Of a stretch of DNA of 64,000 nt, positions 50,568-58,977 are shown piece after piece. The stretch is from an uncultured Ruficoccus sp. (GTDB taxonomy: Bacteria; Verrucomicrobiota; Verrucomicrobiia; Opitutales; Cerasicoccaceae): assembly GCA_965140785.1 (NCBI GenBank), contig OZ223481.1:480001-544000 (forward strand), read 5' to 3'. Below the pieces are notes generated by a model. The model had not been told where the DNA came from and did not search any database. It was given only the letters and a program-made list of their open reading frames with translations. Numbering within the stretch: position 1 is the first letter of the stretch; the number at the start of each line of letters is the position of its first letter. The position numbers and the translations under genes were made by a program.

Positions 50568-51671
50568 ATGTCCAAGAAAGCCACCAATCCCTTCGATATG
50601 ATCGAGGACGCCATCGCTGCCATCGCGGCGGGCGAACCCGTGATCGTGACCGATGACGAGTCCCGCGAGAACGAGGGAGACCTCATCATTGCCGCCGAAA
50701 AGGCCACCCCCGAGGTCATCAACATGATGATCCGTGACGCCCGGGGCCTGGTCTGCGTGCCCATGGCCGCCCACCAGCTCCAGCGGCTGGGCATCCAGTC
50801 CATGGTGGCGAATAACCGCGAGTCCCACGGCACCGACTTTACCGTTTCGGTCGATGCGGCCGAGGGCATCACCACCGGCATCAGTGCCTACGACCGCTAC
50901 GCGACCATTAAAATCCTGGCCGACGCGAAGTCCACCCCGGACCAGCTCGTGCAGCCCGGCCACGTCTTTCCGCTCCAGGCCCGCCCCGGCGGCGTCCTCC
51001 AGCGCGCCGGACACACGGAGGCGGCGGTGGACCTCGTCTCGCTCGCCGGGCTCTTTCCGGTCGGTGTCATCTGCGAGATTTTGAAGGAGGACGGCTCGTC
51101 CGCCCGCCTGCCCGATCTGGTCAAGTTCAAGAAAAAGCACGGCCTCAAGCTCGTCTCCATCGCCGACTTGATCCACTACCGCCACAAGCGCGACAAGCTC
51201 GTCCGGCGGGTGGCCACGCTGCCGTTCGACTCGGAGTTCGGCCAGTTCGACCTGCATGTCTTCCAGAGCCAGTCCGACCACCGCAAGCACATCGCTTTCT
51301 CCCGCGGGCAGCTCGACGAGCGTCCCACGCTGGTCCGCGTCCACAGCGAGAACCTCCTCGACGACCTCTTCCGGGGTAAGAAAATGTCCGGCCACTCCGC
51401 CCTGACCAAGGCCCTCAAGCGCGTGGCACAGGAGGGGCACGGCGTCGTCCTCTACATGGAGCAGCCCGACGGCGGCCTCAAGCTCACCCCCGGCGAAAAC
51501 GGCGAGCACCACCTGGCTCCGACCAAGATGGACTTCCGCGACTACGGCATCGGCGCTCAGATCCTCTCCGAGCTGGGCCTGCGCAAGATCCGCCTGCTCT
51601 CGGGCACCCAGCGCCGCGTCGTCGCCCTCGACGGCTACGACCTGGAGATCGTCGAGCAGATCCCGCTCTGA
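50568..51671 (+). CDS. ribB: DHBP synthase fused to a degenerate GTP cyclohydrolase II domain
   Basis: DDESRENEGD, TTGISAYDR, RAGHTE. C-terminal VRVHSENLLDDLF lacks the Zn-binding Cys residues. Confidence 0.92.
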   Translation: MSKKATNPFDMIEDAIAAIAAGEPVIVTDDESRENEGDLIIAAEKATPEVINMMIRDARGLVCVPMAAHQLQRLGIQSMVANNRESHGTDFTVSVDAAEGITTGISAYDRYATIKILADAKSTPDQLVQPGHVFPLQARPGGVLQRAGHTEAAVDLVSLAGLFPVGVICEILKEDGSSARLPDLVKFKKKHGLKLVSIADLIHYRHKRDKLVRRVATLPFDSEFGQFDLHVFQSQSDHRKHIAFSRGQLDERPTLVRVHSENLLDDLFRGKKMSGHSALTKALKRVAQEGHGVVLYMEQPDGGLKLTPGENGEHHLAPTKMDFRDYGIGAQILSELGLRKIRLLSGTQRRVVALDGYDLEIVEQIPL

Positions 51672-51870
51672 GCTATTTATCCAGAAACAACCAGCGCGCG
51701 CCCCGTACACAGGACGGCACGGATGCCTTTTCGATTCTCACCCAGCCGCCCTTCAACCATCAGAAGTCAGCCCTTTAACAATCAACCCTTCCTCCCTTCA
51801 ATGGCCGTTGCCATCCGCCGAATATCCTGAATGATCTTTCCTCCGCCCTCTGCTTAATACGAGAAAACAC

Positions 51871-52410
51871 ATGTCTTTCCACGCACCACAACCGCTGAAA
51901 ATCGACGGCTCCGAACTGTACTTCGGGATCGTCGCCGCGCGTTACAACGGCGAACTCGTCGAGGCACTCATCGGGCGCGTCAAGGCCGTCCTCAAGGAGG
52001 CCGGTGTCCCCGCCGCCAACATCCGCCTCGAACGCGTCCCCGGCTCCAATGAGATTCCCTACGTGGCCACCATGATGGCTGCCACTCGCCAGTACGACTG
52101 CATCATCGGCCTCGGCGTGATCATCCGCGGCGGCACCGCGCACGACGAGGTTATCGCCCACAGCACGGCCTCCATCCTGCACCGCGTCGCCATGCAGACC
52201 GAGTGCCCGATCATCAACGGCATTCTCACGGTCAATAATCAGGAGCAGGCCGAGGAGCGCGTCAACGGCCACGCCGACCGCGGGGCCGAGTTCGCCCGCG
52301 CCGCCCTCGAAATGGCCCGCCACAAAGTCAACTACGTGCAGCTCCTCGACGATCTCGATGCCGAGGCTGCCGCTGCCGACGACATCAACGATCTTTTCAA
52401 CAAAAACTGA
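51871..52410 (+). CDS. ribH: 6,7-dimethyl-8-ribityllumazine synthase
   Basis: VAARYN, VPGSNEIP, LGVIIRGGTAH. Confidence 0.95.
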   Translation: MSFHAPQPLKIDGSELYFGIVAARYNGELVEALIGRVKAVLKEAGVPAANIRLERVPGSNEIPYVATMMAATRQYDCIIGLGVIIRGGTAHDEVIAHSTASILHRVAMQTECPIINGILTVNNQEQAEERVNGHADRGAEFARAALEMARHKVNYVQLLDDLDAEAAAADDINDLFNKN

Positions 52411-52411
52411 C

Positions 52412-52942
52412 ATGCCCGACCACGAACAAGCCCCCGGTGACGACCCGCAACGGTCGCCCTCCGCCGGGCCGCCCGCTGACAAAAAATCCGGCGAGCCCCG
52501 CGCCAAGGCCCCCTCGCCCCGGCACCTCAACCGCGTCGCGGCCATGCAGTTCCTCTACATGGCCCAGATCAACCCGCCCGACGAGTTGGCCGCCACGCTC
52601 TACGACTTTTTCAATAACCGCGAACAACCGCGCGACTTCTACGCCTTTGCCGAAGACCTCGCCAGCGGCGCCTGGGAACACCGCGAGGCGGTGGACACCA
52701 CCATCCGCGAGCACGCCAAGAACTGGTCCTTCGACCGCATCGCGAAAGTGGACCTCGCCATCCTCCGCCTGGCCATCTACGAACTGCTCTTCCGCCGCGA
52801 CATCCCGCCCATCGTCTCCATCAACGAGGCCATCGACCTGTCCAAGGAATTCTCCACCCCCGACGCCAAACGCTTCATCAACGGCATCCTCGACAAACTC
52901 AAAGGCACCCTCGACCGCCCCCTGCGGACGGCGGATGTGTAG
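52412..52942 (+). CDS. nusB: Transcription antitermination factor NusB
   Basis: NWSFDRIAKVDLAILRLA, INEAIDLSKEF, FINGILD. Confidence 0.95.
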   Translation: MPDHEQAPGDDPQRSPSAGPPADKKSGEPRAKAPSPRHLNRVAAMQFLYMAQINPPDELAATLYDFFNNREQPRDFYAFAEDLASGAWEHREAVDTTIREHAKNWSFDRIAKVDLAILRLAIYELLFRRDIPPIVSINEAIDLSKEFSTPDAKRFINGILDKLKGTLDRPLRTADV

Positions 52943-52972
52943 GCTTGGCTAAAGGGAAAGATTGAGCTAATT

Positions 52973-53020
52973 CCTCAGCGTTCAGTGAAAAGAGATTTCT
53001 CTTTTCACTGAACGCTGAGG
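52973..53020. repeat. Perfect 23-bp-arm palindrome between nusB and ftsY
   Basis: CCTCAGCGTTCAGTGAAAAGAGA-TT-TCTCTTTTCACTGAACGCTGAGG. Confidence 0.95.
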
Positions 53021-53139
53021 CGATGCAGGGCATCGAAAGTGCAGGCTTTGCCTGCCGCGGGTCTGGGCTGCGCAAGCCCAGTCTTTACGCAAACCAACCT
53101 TGCCTTTCGCGCGCGGAGCCGGAAAATCCTCCTTTCCCT

Positions 53140-54069
53140 ATGGCCTCATTTTTTTCGCGATTCAAAGACGGTCTGAAACGGACCACGCCGACCTTTTACA
53201 AGATTTTCGGGAAGGTCGGGGGGATTTTCAGCGGCAAGAGCCTCGACGCCTCCAGCCTGGACGAGTTGGAGGAGGCCCTCTACGGGGCGGACTTCGGCGT
53301 GGAGACCACCACTGAGATCGTCGAGGAGATCCAGACCGCCTATAAAAAGGACAAGTCCCTGCGCGGTCAGGACGCCGCCCGCATCGGCGCCACCGTGCTC
53401 AAGCGCGTGCTCGAGGGCGCCGAGTTTGCCACCGATTTTCGCGCCCACAGCCCCGAGGTCATCTGCCTGATCGGCGTCAACGGCTCGGGCAAGACCACCA
53501 CTGCGGCCAAGCTCGCCTGGCGCTTCAAGGAGGACGGACGCGGCGTCGTGCTGGGCGCGTGCGACACCTTCCGCGCCGCCGCCAACGAGCAGATCAAGGC
53601 CTGGGCCGAGCGGCTCGACCTCGAGCTCGTGGCCAGCCAGCACAACGCCGACTCCGCCGCCGTCGCCTACGATGCCTGGCAGGCCGCTGCCGCGCGCCAC
53701 CGCGACATCCTCATCCTCGACACCGCCGGTCGCCTCCACACCAAGAGTAACCTCATGGAGGAGTTGAAAAAGATCCGCCGCGTCCTGCAAAAGCACGACG
53801 AGTCCGCCCCGCACCACGCGTGGCTGGTGGTGGATGGCTCCCTCGGCTCCAACTCCATCGAGCAGGCCCGCGTCTTCCACGAGGCTTTCGGGCTGACCGG
53901 CCTCATTATCACCAAGCTCGACGGCACCAGCCGCGGCGGCGCCCTCGTCGGCATCTACCGCGAGCTCGGCATCCCCATCGCCTACGTCGGCCTGGGCGAA
54001 CAAAAAGAGGACCTCCAGCCCTTCTCTGTCGACAACTACGTCAACGCCATCTTCGGCCTGGAGGAGTAG
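53140..54069 (+). CDS. ftsY: SRP receptor FtsY (NG domain only)
   Basis: GVNGSGKTTT, DTFRAAA, DTAGR, TKLDG. Confidence 0.96.
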   Translation: MASFFSRFKDGLKRTTPTFYKIFGKVGGIFSGKSLDASSLDELEEALYGADFGVETTTEIVEEIQTAYKKDKSLRGQDAARIGATVLKRVLEGAEFATDFRAHSPEVICLIGVNGSGKTTTAAKLAWRFKEDGRGVVLGACDTFRAAANEQIKAWAERLDLELVASQHNADSAAVAYDAWQAAAARHRDILILDTAGRLHTKSNLMEELKKIRRVLQKHDESAPHHAWLVVDGSLGSNSIEQARVFHEAFGLTGLIITKLDGTSRGGALVGIYRELGIPIAYVGLGEQKEDLQPFSVDNYVNAIFGLEE

Positions 54070-54087
54070 TTTTTACTTTTTTAATCA

Positions 54088-54218
54088 TTAACCACCAAGG
54101 CGCAAAGACCCGAAGGCCCTCAGAGATTTTAACCCCGGATGACACGGATGACGCAGATCAATCTAACGCGCCTCGATTGTCACGACTGGCCTCCGTGCCC
54201 CTGTGCCTCCGTGTGAGC
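54088..54218. repeat. Cluster of degenerate 8-9-nt-period repeat arms
   Basis: TTAACCACCAAGGCGCAAAGACCCGAAG; TTAACCCCGGATGACACGGATGACGCAGAT; CTCCGTGCCCCTGTGCCTCCGTG. Confidence 0.55.
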
Positions 54219-54232
54219 TAAATTAAAAACCT

Positions 54233-55363
54233 ATGAGCGAGCAATTAACCGTCGAACTGGGCGAACGCAGCTACCCGATTATTATCTCCGCCACTGCCGG
54301 GGAGCACGACGAGCACCTTCGCCAGAAGGAAGCCTTCGCCGCCAACACGGCCGTCATCTTCGACGAGAACACCCGCCCCTACGCCCCGGACGATTTGCCC
54401 GAGGGCACCGTCGCGCTCGGCCTTGCTCCCGGCGAGCAGACCAAGTGTTTTTCCGAGCTCCAGCGCATCCTCGACGCCATGGCCGCGGGCCGCATCGATC
54501 GCTCCGGCAAGCTCGTCGCCATCGGCGGCGGCGTTATCGGTGACCTGGCCGGATTCGCCGCCGCGACGTACTTGCGCGGGATCGACTTCTACCAGGTGCC
54601 CACGACCCTGCTCGCCATGGTGGACAGCTCCGTCGGCGGCAAGACCGGCATCAACATCGCCGCCGGTAAAAACCTCGTCGGCGCCTTCTGGCAGCCGCAG
54701 GCCGTCTTCATCTGCACCGAGTTTTTAAAAACCCTGCCCCCGCGTGAATTCGCTGCCGGCATGGCCGAGGTGATTAAGTACGGCATGCTCTACGACCCGG
54801 CGCTCTTCCAAAAACTCGCCGCGCTGGAAACCCCGCTCGTCTGGGACCACCCGGACCTGCCGGGCGTCATCCGCCGCTGCTGCGAGATCAAGGCCGAGAT
54901 CGTCAAGGCCGACGAAAAAGAAACCGCCGCCAGCGGGGGCCGCGCCCTGCTCAACCTCGGGCACACCTTCGCCCACGCCATCGAGAACGTCGCCGGCTAC
55001 GGCACCTACCTGCACGGCGAGGCCGTGGCCATCGGCCTGGTGCTCGCCGCCGAGCTCTCTGCCCGGCTCAGTGACGACGGCGCGATCGGCTTCGCCTTTG
55101 ACCACGACGATGCCGCCGCCGTCCGCGCCCTCGTCGCCGCCAACGGCCTGCCCACCTCCTTAAAAGACCCCGTCGCCGGCCAGCCAGCCCCAGCGCTCGC
55201 CATCGACAAACTCCTCGACGCCATGCGCCGCGACAAAAAAGTCCGCTCCGGCCGCCTGCGCTTCGTCGCCATGGAGGAGCTGGGCCGCGCCGTCACCGTG
55301 GCCGATGTCCCGGAGGCGTGGATACGCGAGCTGTGGGAGGCGTCATTGGCCAATGGTCATTAG
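54233..55363 (+). CDS. aroB: 3-dehydroquinate synthase
   Basis: GGGVIGDLAG, PTTLLAMVDSSVGGKTG, LNLGHTFAHA, HGEAV. Confidence 0.97.
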   Translation: MSEQLTVELGERSYPIIISATAGEHDEHLRQKEAFAANTAVIFDENTRPYAPDDLPEGTVALGLAPGEQTKCFSELQRILDAMAAGRIDRSGKLVAIGGGVIGDLAGFAAATYLRGIDFYQVPTTLLAMVDSSVGGKTGINIAAGKNLVGAFWQPQAVFICTEFLKTLPPREFAAGMAEVIKYGMLYDPALFQKLAALETPLVWDHPDLPGVIRRCCEIKAEIVKADEKETAASGGRALLNLGHTFAHAIENVAGYGTYLHGEAVAIGLVLAAELSARLSDDGAIGFAFDHDDAAAVRALVAANGLPTSLKDPVAGQPAPALAIDKLLDAMRRDKKVRSGRLRFVAMEELGRAVTVADVPEAWIRELWEASLANGH

Positions 55364-55484
55364 TCGTTGGTTCTTTGTTAATTGCTAATGGTTATATCCT
55401 TTCCTGGGAGACCTGACCAGTTGTACCGTCCGGTGCTGCTAGCCAATGACAAATGACGATTGACCAACGACTAATGACAAACTA
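55342..55484. repeat. Inverted pair of heptamer arrays (GTCATTG / CAATGAC type)
   Basis: About 7 and 6 degenerate 7-mers; perfect 16-bp IR 55356-55371 / 55463-55478. Confidence 0.85.
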
Positions 55485-55494
55485 ACCCTGTTTC

Positions 55495-56106
55495 ATGGCC
55501 GGTGTCGATGAGACCATTGTGCGCGAGTACTTCGAGATGAACGGGTTCCTCGTTCGTCAGCTGCGCAAGTACGCCGTGCAGTCGCGGGCCAAGCGCAGCG
55601 AGGAGGAGATCGACCTCATGGTGTACAACCCCGGCTGGCGCAAGGGCGCGGGCAAGCCCGGCTTCATGCTCTTCTCCAACGAGCTGGAGCTCGTGCACCG
55701 GGCGGTCGTCATTGTCAAGGGTTGGCACAGCCAGCGCTTCACCCCCGGCACGCTGCGTGGCAGTTCGGACATTTTTAAATTTCTGGAAAAGGATGTTCTC
55801 AAGAAAGCCGAGGATCTTTTTTACGTGGACGAGAAACAGGTCGAGGACATCGGCCCGTTTATGAAGATCCTCGTCATGCCCGGCCTGCCCACCCACGAAC
55901 CGCACAAGTCCCAGAGCATTGAGTTGCTCGAAAAGGCCGGGATCGACGCCATCATTTCCTTCCGCTCCATCCTTCAGGACATCGTCCAGAAGCTCGAAAT
56001 CAACCACAACTACCAGAAGTCCGACCTGCTCCAGATCCTGCGCATCCTGAAAAACTACGACATGATCAAGGCCCCGCAGCTCGAACTCTTCGGCGGCAAG
56101 CGATGA
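55495..56106 (+). CDS. Conserved hypothetical protein, PD-(D/E)XK nuclease-like fold
   Basis: E..VREYFEMNGFLV, EIDL, IVKGWH. Confidence 0.65.
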   Translation: MAGVDETIVREYFEMNGFLVRQLRKYAVQSRAKRSEEEIDLMVYNPGWRKGAGKPGFMLFSNELELVHRAVVIVKGWHSQRFTPGTLRGSSDIFKFLEKDVLKKAEDLFYVDEKQVEDIGPFMKILVMPGLPTHEPHKSQSIELLEKAGIDAIISFRSILQDIVQKLEINHNYQKSDLLQILRILKNYDMIKAPQLELFGGKR

Positions 56107-56223
56107 ACGCGGGTGTGGGCAGGTGGCTGGGATTCTCGGGGCTGTTCCACCATTGCAGGCGTTCCGCTCAGGCCACTGTAGTTAAAAACGGATACATGGA
56201 TGCTCCGGGTCATTTGTTATCGT

Positions 56224-56263
56224 CAACTCTCAAGCTTTCAAACCTTCAAACTCTGAACCTTTC
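56224..56263 (+). repeat. 8-nt-period array abutting the lpxA start
   Basis: CAAGCTTT CAAACCTT CAAACTCT GAACCTTT C-ATG. Confidence 0.7.
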
Positions 56264-56977
56264 ATGAGCGAAGCTCTGATTGAACCCGGCGTCACCCTCG
56301 GCGCTGATTGCACACTGGCCTCTTTCGCCGTCCTCAAGGCCGGGGCTGTCCTCGGCGAGCGCGTTACCGTGGACCACTTCGCCGTTGTCGGCGGCTTGCC
56401 GCAGGACTTGAAATTCGACCCCGCGACAAAGAGCGGCGTGCGCATCGGCTCCGGCTCCGTCCTGCGCGAGGGGGTGACCGTCCACCGCGCCACGACTGCG
56501 GGCGGCTTTACCGAGGTCGGCGCGAACTGCCTGCTCATGGCCAACTCCCATGTCGGCCACGACTGCACACTGGGCGACAACGTCATCATGGCCAACGGTG
56601 CGCTGCTGGGCGGGCACGTCCATGTCGGCAAAAACGCCTTCATCAGCGGCAACGCCGTCATCCACCAGCACGTGCGCGTGGGCGAGGGCTGCATCATTTC
56701 GGGCGGCTCGCGCGTCGGGCTCGACGTGCCGCCCTTCGTCATCGCCGATGGCAAGAACACCGTTGGCGGCCTCAACCTCATCGGCCTGCGCCGCCGCGGC
56801 CACTCCGCCGAGGAAATCACTGACCTCAAAAACTGCTACCGCGCCATCTACATGAGCAATGTGAAAGGCACCGCCGCCGACAAGGCCGCCACCGTCGAGG
56901 CCAAAACCCAAACCGGAAAAACCTTCCTCGACTTTTTCGCCGCCAGCGGGCGCGGTTTTATCCACGCACGCCGGTAG
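56264..56977 (+). CDS. lpxA: Acyl-ACP--UDP-GlcNAc O-acyltransferase
   Basis: Hexapeptide repeats, PQDLKF, REGVTVHR, HVGHDC, DVPPF, GLNLIGLRR. Confidence 0.92.
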   Translation: MSEALIEPGVTLGADCTLASFAVLKAGAVLGERVTVDHFAVVGGLPQDLKFDPATKSGVRIGSGSVLREGVTVHRATTAGGFTEVGANCLLMANSHVGHDCTLGDNVIMANGALLGGHVHVGKNAFISGNAVIHQHVRVGEGCIISGGSRVGLDVPPFVIADGKNTVGGLNLIGLRRRGHSAEEITDLKNCYRAIYMSNVKGTAADKAATVEAKTQTGKTFLDFFAASGRGFIHARR

Positions 56978-57010
56978 GTGTATTGATAAAATGGATACAG
57001 GGGTGCAGCT

Positions 57011-57460
57011 GTGAAACCGTGGCGGACTCGGATGCGTATCAATAGCGGGGTGTTTCTCGTCGCGTATCTGATGCTCTTTAGCACGCCCTTTTTCTTTTGC
57101 CTCCTGCCATTGTTTGTCCTCATTGTTCCCCTGCGCCAGATGTGGGGCAAGCCTTCCCGACGAAACTTGTGGCGCTGGGGCAGTGTGCTGTGGCTGGTGA
57201 TCGCTCTTGGAGTCGGTAGTTGGTGTGCCTTCGGTGTGCAAATAGAACGGGGTGGTGTATTGCACCAGGGGTATCCACTGGGCCGACCCCTTCCGTCGCC
57301 GGAGTTCTCTTTTTTTAGTGTGGGCGAGCCTTGGACCTTCAACTGGGTTGCCGGGTTGAATCTCTCGATCGTTACAGGTACACTGATGCTTCCACTTACG
57401 GCAATATCCGCCGCCGAGGGGCGACGGCGAAGACGGCTAGCTTCACCGGCTCCGGCGTGA
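57011..57460 (+). CDS. Hypothetical membrane protein
   Basis: Three hydrophobic segments; fills the lpxA-pdxA gap. Confidence 0.5.
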   Translation: MKPWRTRMRINSGVFLVAYLMLFSTPFFFCLLPLFVLIVPLRQMWGKPSRRNLWRWGSVLWLVIALGVGSWCAFGVQIERGGVLHQGYPLGRPLPSPEFSFFSVGEPWTFNWVAGLNLSIVTGTLMLPLTAISAAEGRRRRRLASPAPA

Positions 57461-57518
57461 GGGTACGCGAAGAAGCTTTATTTGTTGTTTTCCGATGCTT
57501 ATTCATCTCTGAAGTTCC

Positions 57519-58424
57519 ATGACTGACACACCTATCGCCATCACCTGCGGGGACCCGGCCGGAGTCGGGCCCGAGATCGTTGCTAAAATTTTAAAAGAGC
57601 GGCCTGAGCTTCGCGAAAAGGTTTGCCCCGTCGGCCCCGCTTCGTGGCTTTCGGAGCTGGACTACACGCAGGCCAGGGAAGTGGGCGAACCCGGCTTTCG
57701 CGCAACCCCGGGCAAGCCGACAGTGGAAGGCGCGGCGGTCGCGCTGGCTGCTCTGGAAGAAGCCGCTTACGGTTGCCGTCAGGGGCGCTACAGCGCGGTG
57801 GTGACCGGCCCGGTCAGCAAGGCCTGGATGGCGAAGGCCGGGTGGACGTGGCCGGGACAGACCGAGTACTTCGCCGAGCGCTGGTACGGGGAGCCGACCA
57901 TGGCCTTCGCCGGGGGAAAGCTCACCGTCGTCCTCGCGACCTGGCACGTGCCCCTGCTGGAGGTGATGAACCACCTTTCCCGCGAGTCCGTCGAGCGCGC
58001 GGTCAAAAACGCCGACCACCTCGCCCGCAAGCTCGGGGCCGCGCAGCCGCGCATCGGCGTCTGTGGGCTCAATCCCCACGCCGGGGAGGGCGGCCTGATC
58101 GGGTACGAGGAGCAGGGCCAGCTCGACCCCATGCTCGACGTGTTGCGCGAGACCTACCCCGGCCTCTCGCGGTGCGAGCCGGGCGACACGCTTTTTCATC
58201 GGCAACTTCAGGGGGAGTTCGATGTGATTATTGCGATGTACCACGATCAGGGCCTGGCCCCGCTCAAGGCGGTGGACTTCGACCGTGCGGTCAATATCAC
58301 GCTCGGCCTGCCCTTCGTGCGTACGAGTCCGGACCACGGGACGGCCTTCGGCATCGCCGGCCAGGGAAAGGCCGACACGGGCAGCTTCGCCCGTGCCATC
58401 GAGCTGGCTGAGGTGTTGATGTAA
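57519..58424 (+). CDS. pdxA: 4-hydroxythreonine-4-phosphate dehydrogenase
   Basis: GDPAGVGPE, LNPHAGE, MYHDQG, RTSPDHGTA. Confidence 0.95.
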   Translation: MTDTPIAITCGDPAGVGPEIVAKILKERPELREKVCPVGPASWLSELDYTQAREVGEPGFRATPGKPTVEGAAVALAALEEAAYGCRQGRYSAVVTGPVSKAWMAKAGWTWPGQTEYFAERWYGEPTMAFAGGKLTVVLATWHVPLLEVMNHLSRESVERAVKNADHLARKLGAAQPRIGVCGLNPHAGEGGLIGYEEQGQLDPMLDVLRETYPGLSRCEPGDTLFHRQLQGEFDVIIAMYHDQGLAPLKAVDFDRAVNITLGLPFVRTSPDHGTAFGIAGQGKADTGSFARAIELAEVLM

Positions 58425-58560
58425 AGGCAGTTGCGGGAGCTGTTTCACGCGGATTCAGCACGTGCCGACAGGGGAATGGTCCGGACGGGTGACCACCTGC
58501 CCCCGCATGTTGTCCTGCCCTTGCATTTTCGGGCGAGATGGTTTTTCTTAAAGGACTCCC

Positions 58561-58938
58561 ATGATTTCCTCTCCGACTACAGAACTGCCCGCGGGCGTAC
58601 GCGTGGGCGACGAACGCCTGATCCGCCTCACCGATCCCGCCGGGGAAAAACTTGCCCGCCTCATCGAACGCGAGCAAAAGGGCGAGTACCTGCGCGTGGC
58701 TATCACCGGCGGCGGCTGTAACGGGCTGTCGTATAAAATGAAGTTCGCCGCGGCCCCGAAAAAGGGCGACATCATCGTTTACACAGGCGGGGCGCAGGTC
58801 GTGGTCGATTCCAAGAGCGCCCTCTACCTCAAGGGCACCACGCTCGACTACTCGGACAAGATGGTTGGCGGCGGTTTCAAGTTTACCAATCCCAACGCCG
58901 CTTCCAGCTGCTCCTGCGGCGAGAGCTTCTCGGTCTGA
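58561..58938 (+). CDS. HesB/IscA/ErpA Fe-S assembly accessory protein
   Basis: GGGCNG, NPNA..CSCGESF. Confidence 0.95.
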   Translation: MISSPTTELPAGVRVGDERLIRLTDPAGEKLARLIEREQKGEYLRVAITGGGCNGLSYKMKFAAAPKKGDIIVYTGGAQVVVDSKSALYLKGTTLDYSDKMVGGGFKFTNPNAASSCSCGESFSV

Positions 58939-58977
58939 CCCGAGCAAGCGGGCGGCGGATCATTGTTTCGTTCGCAT

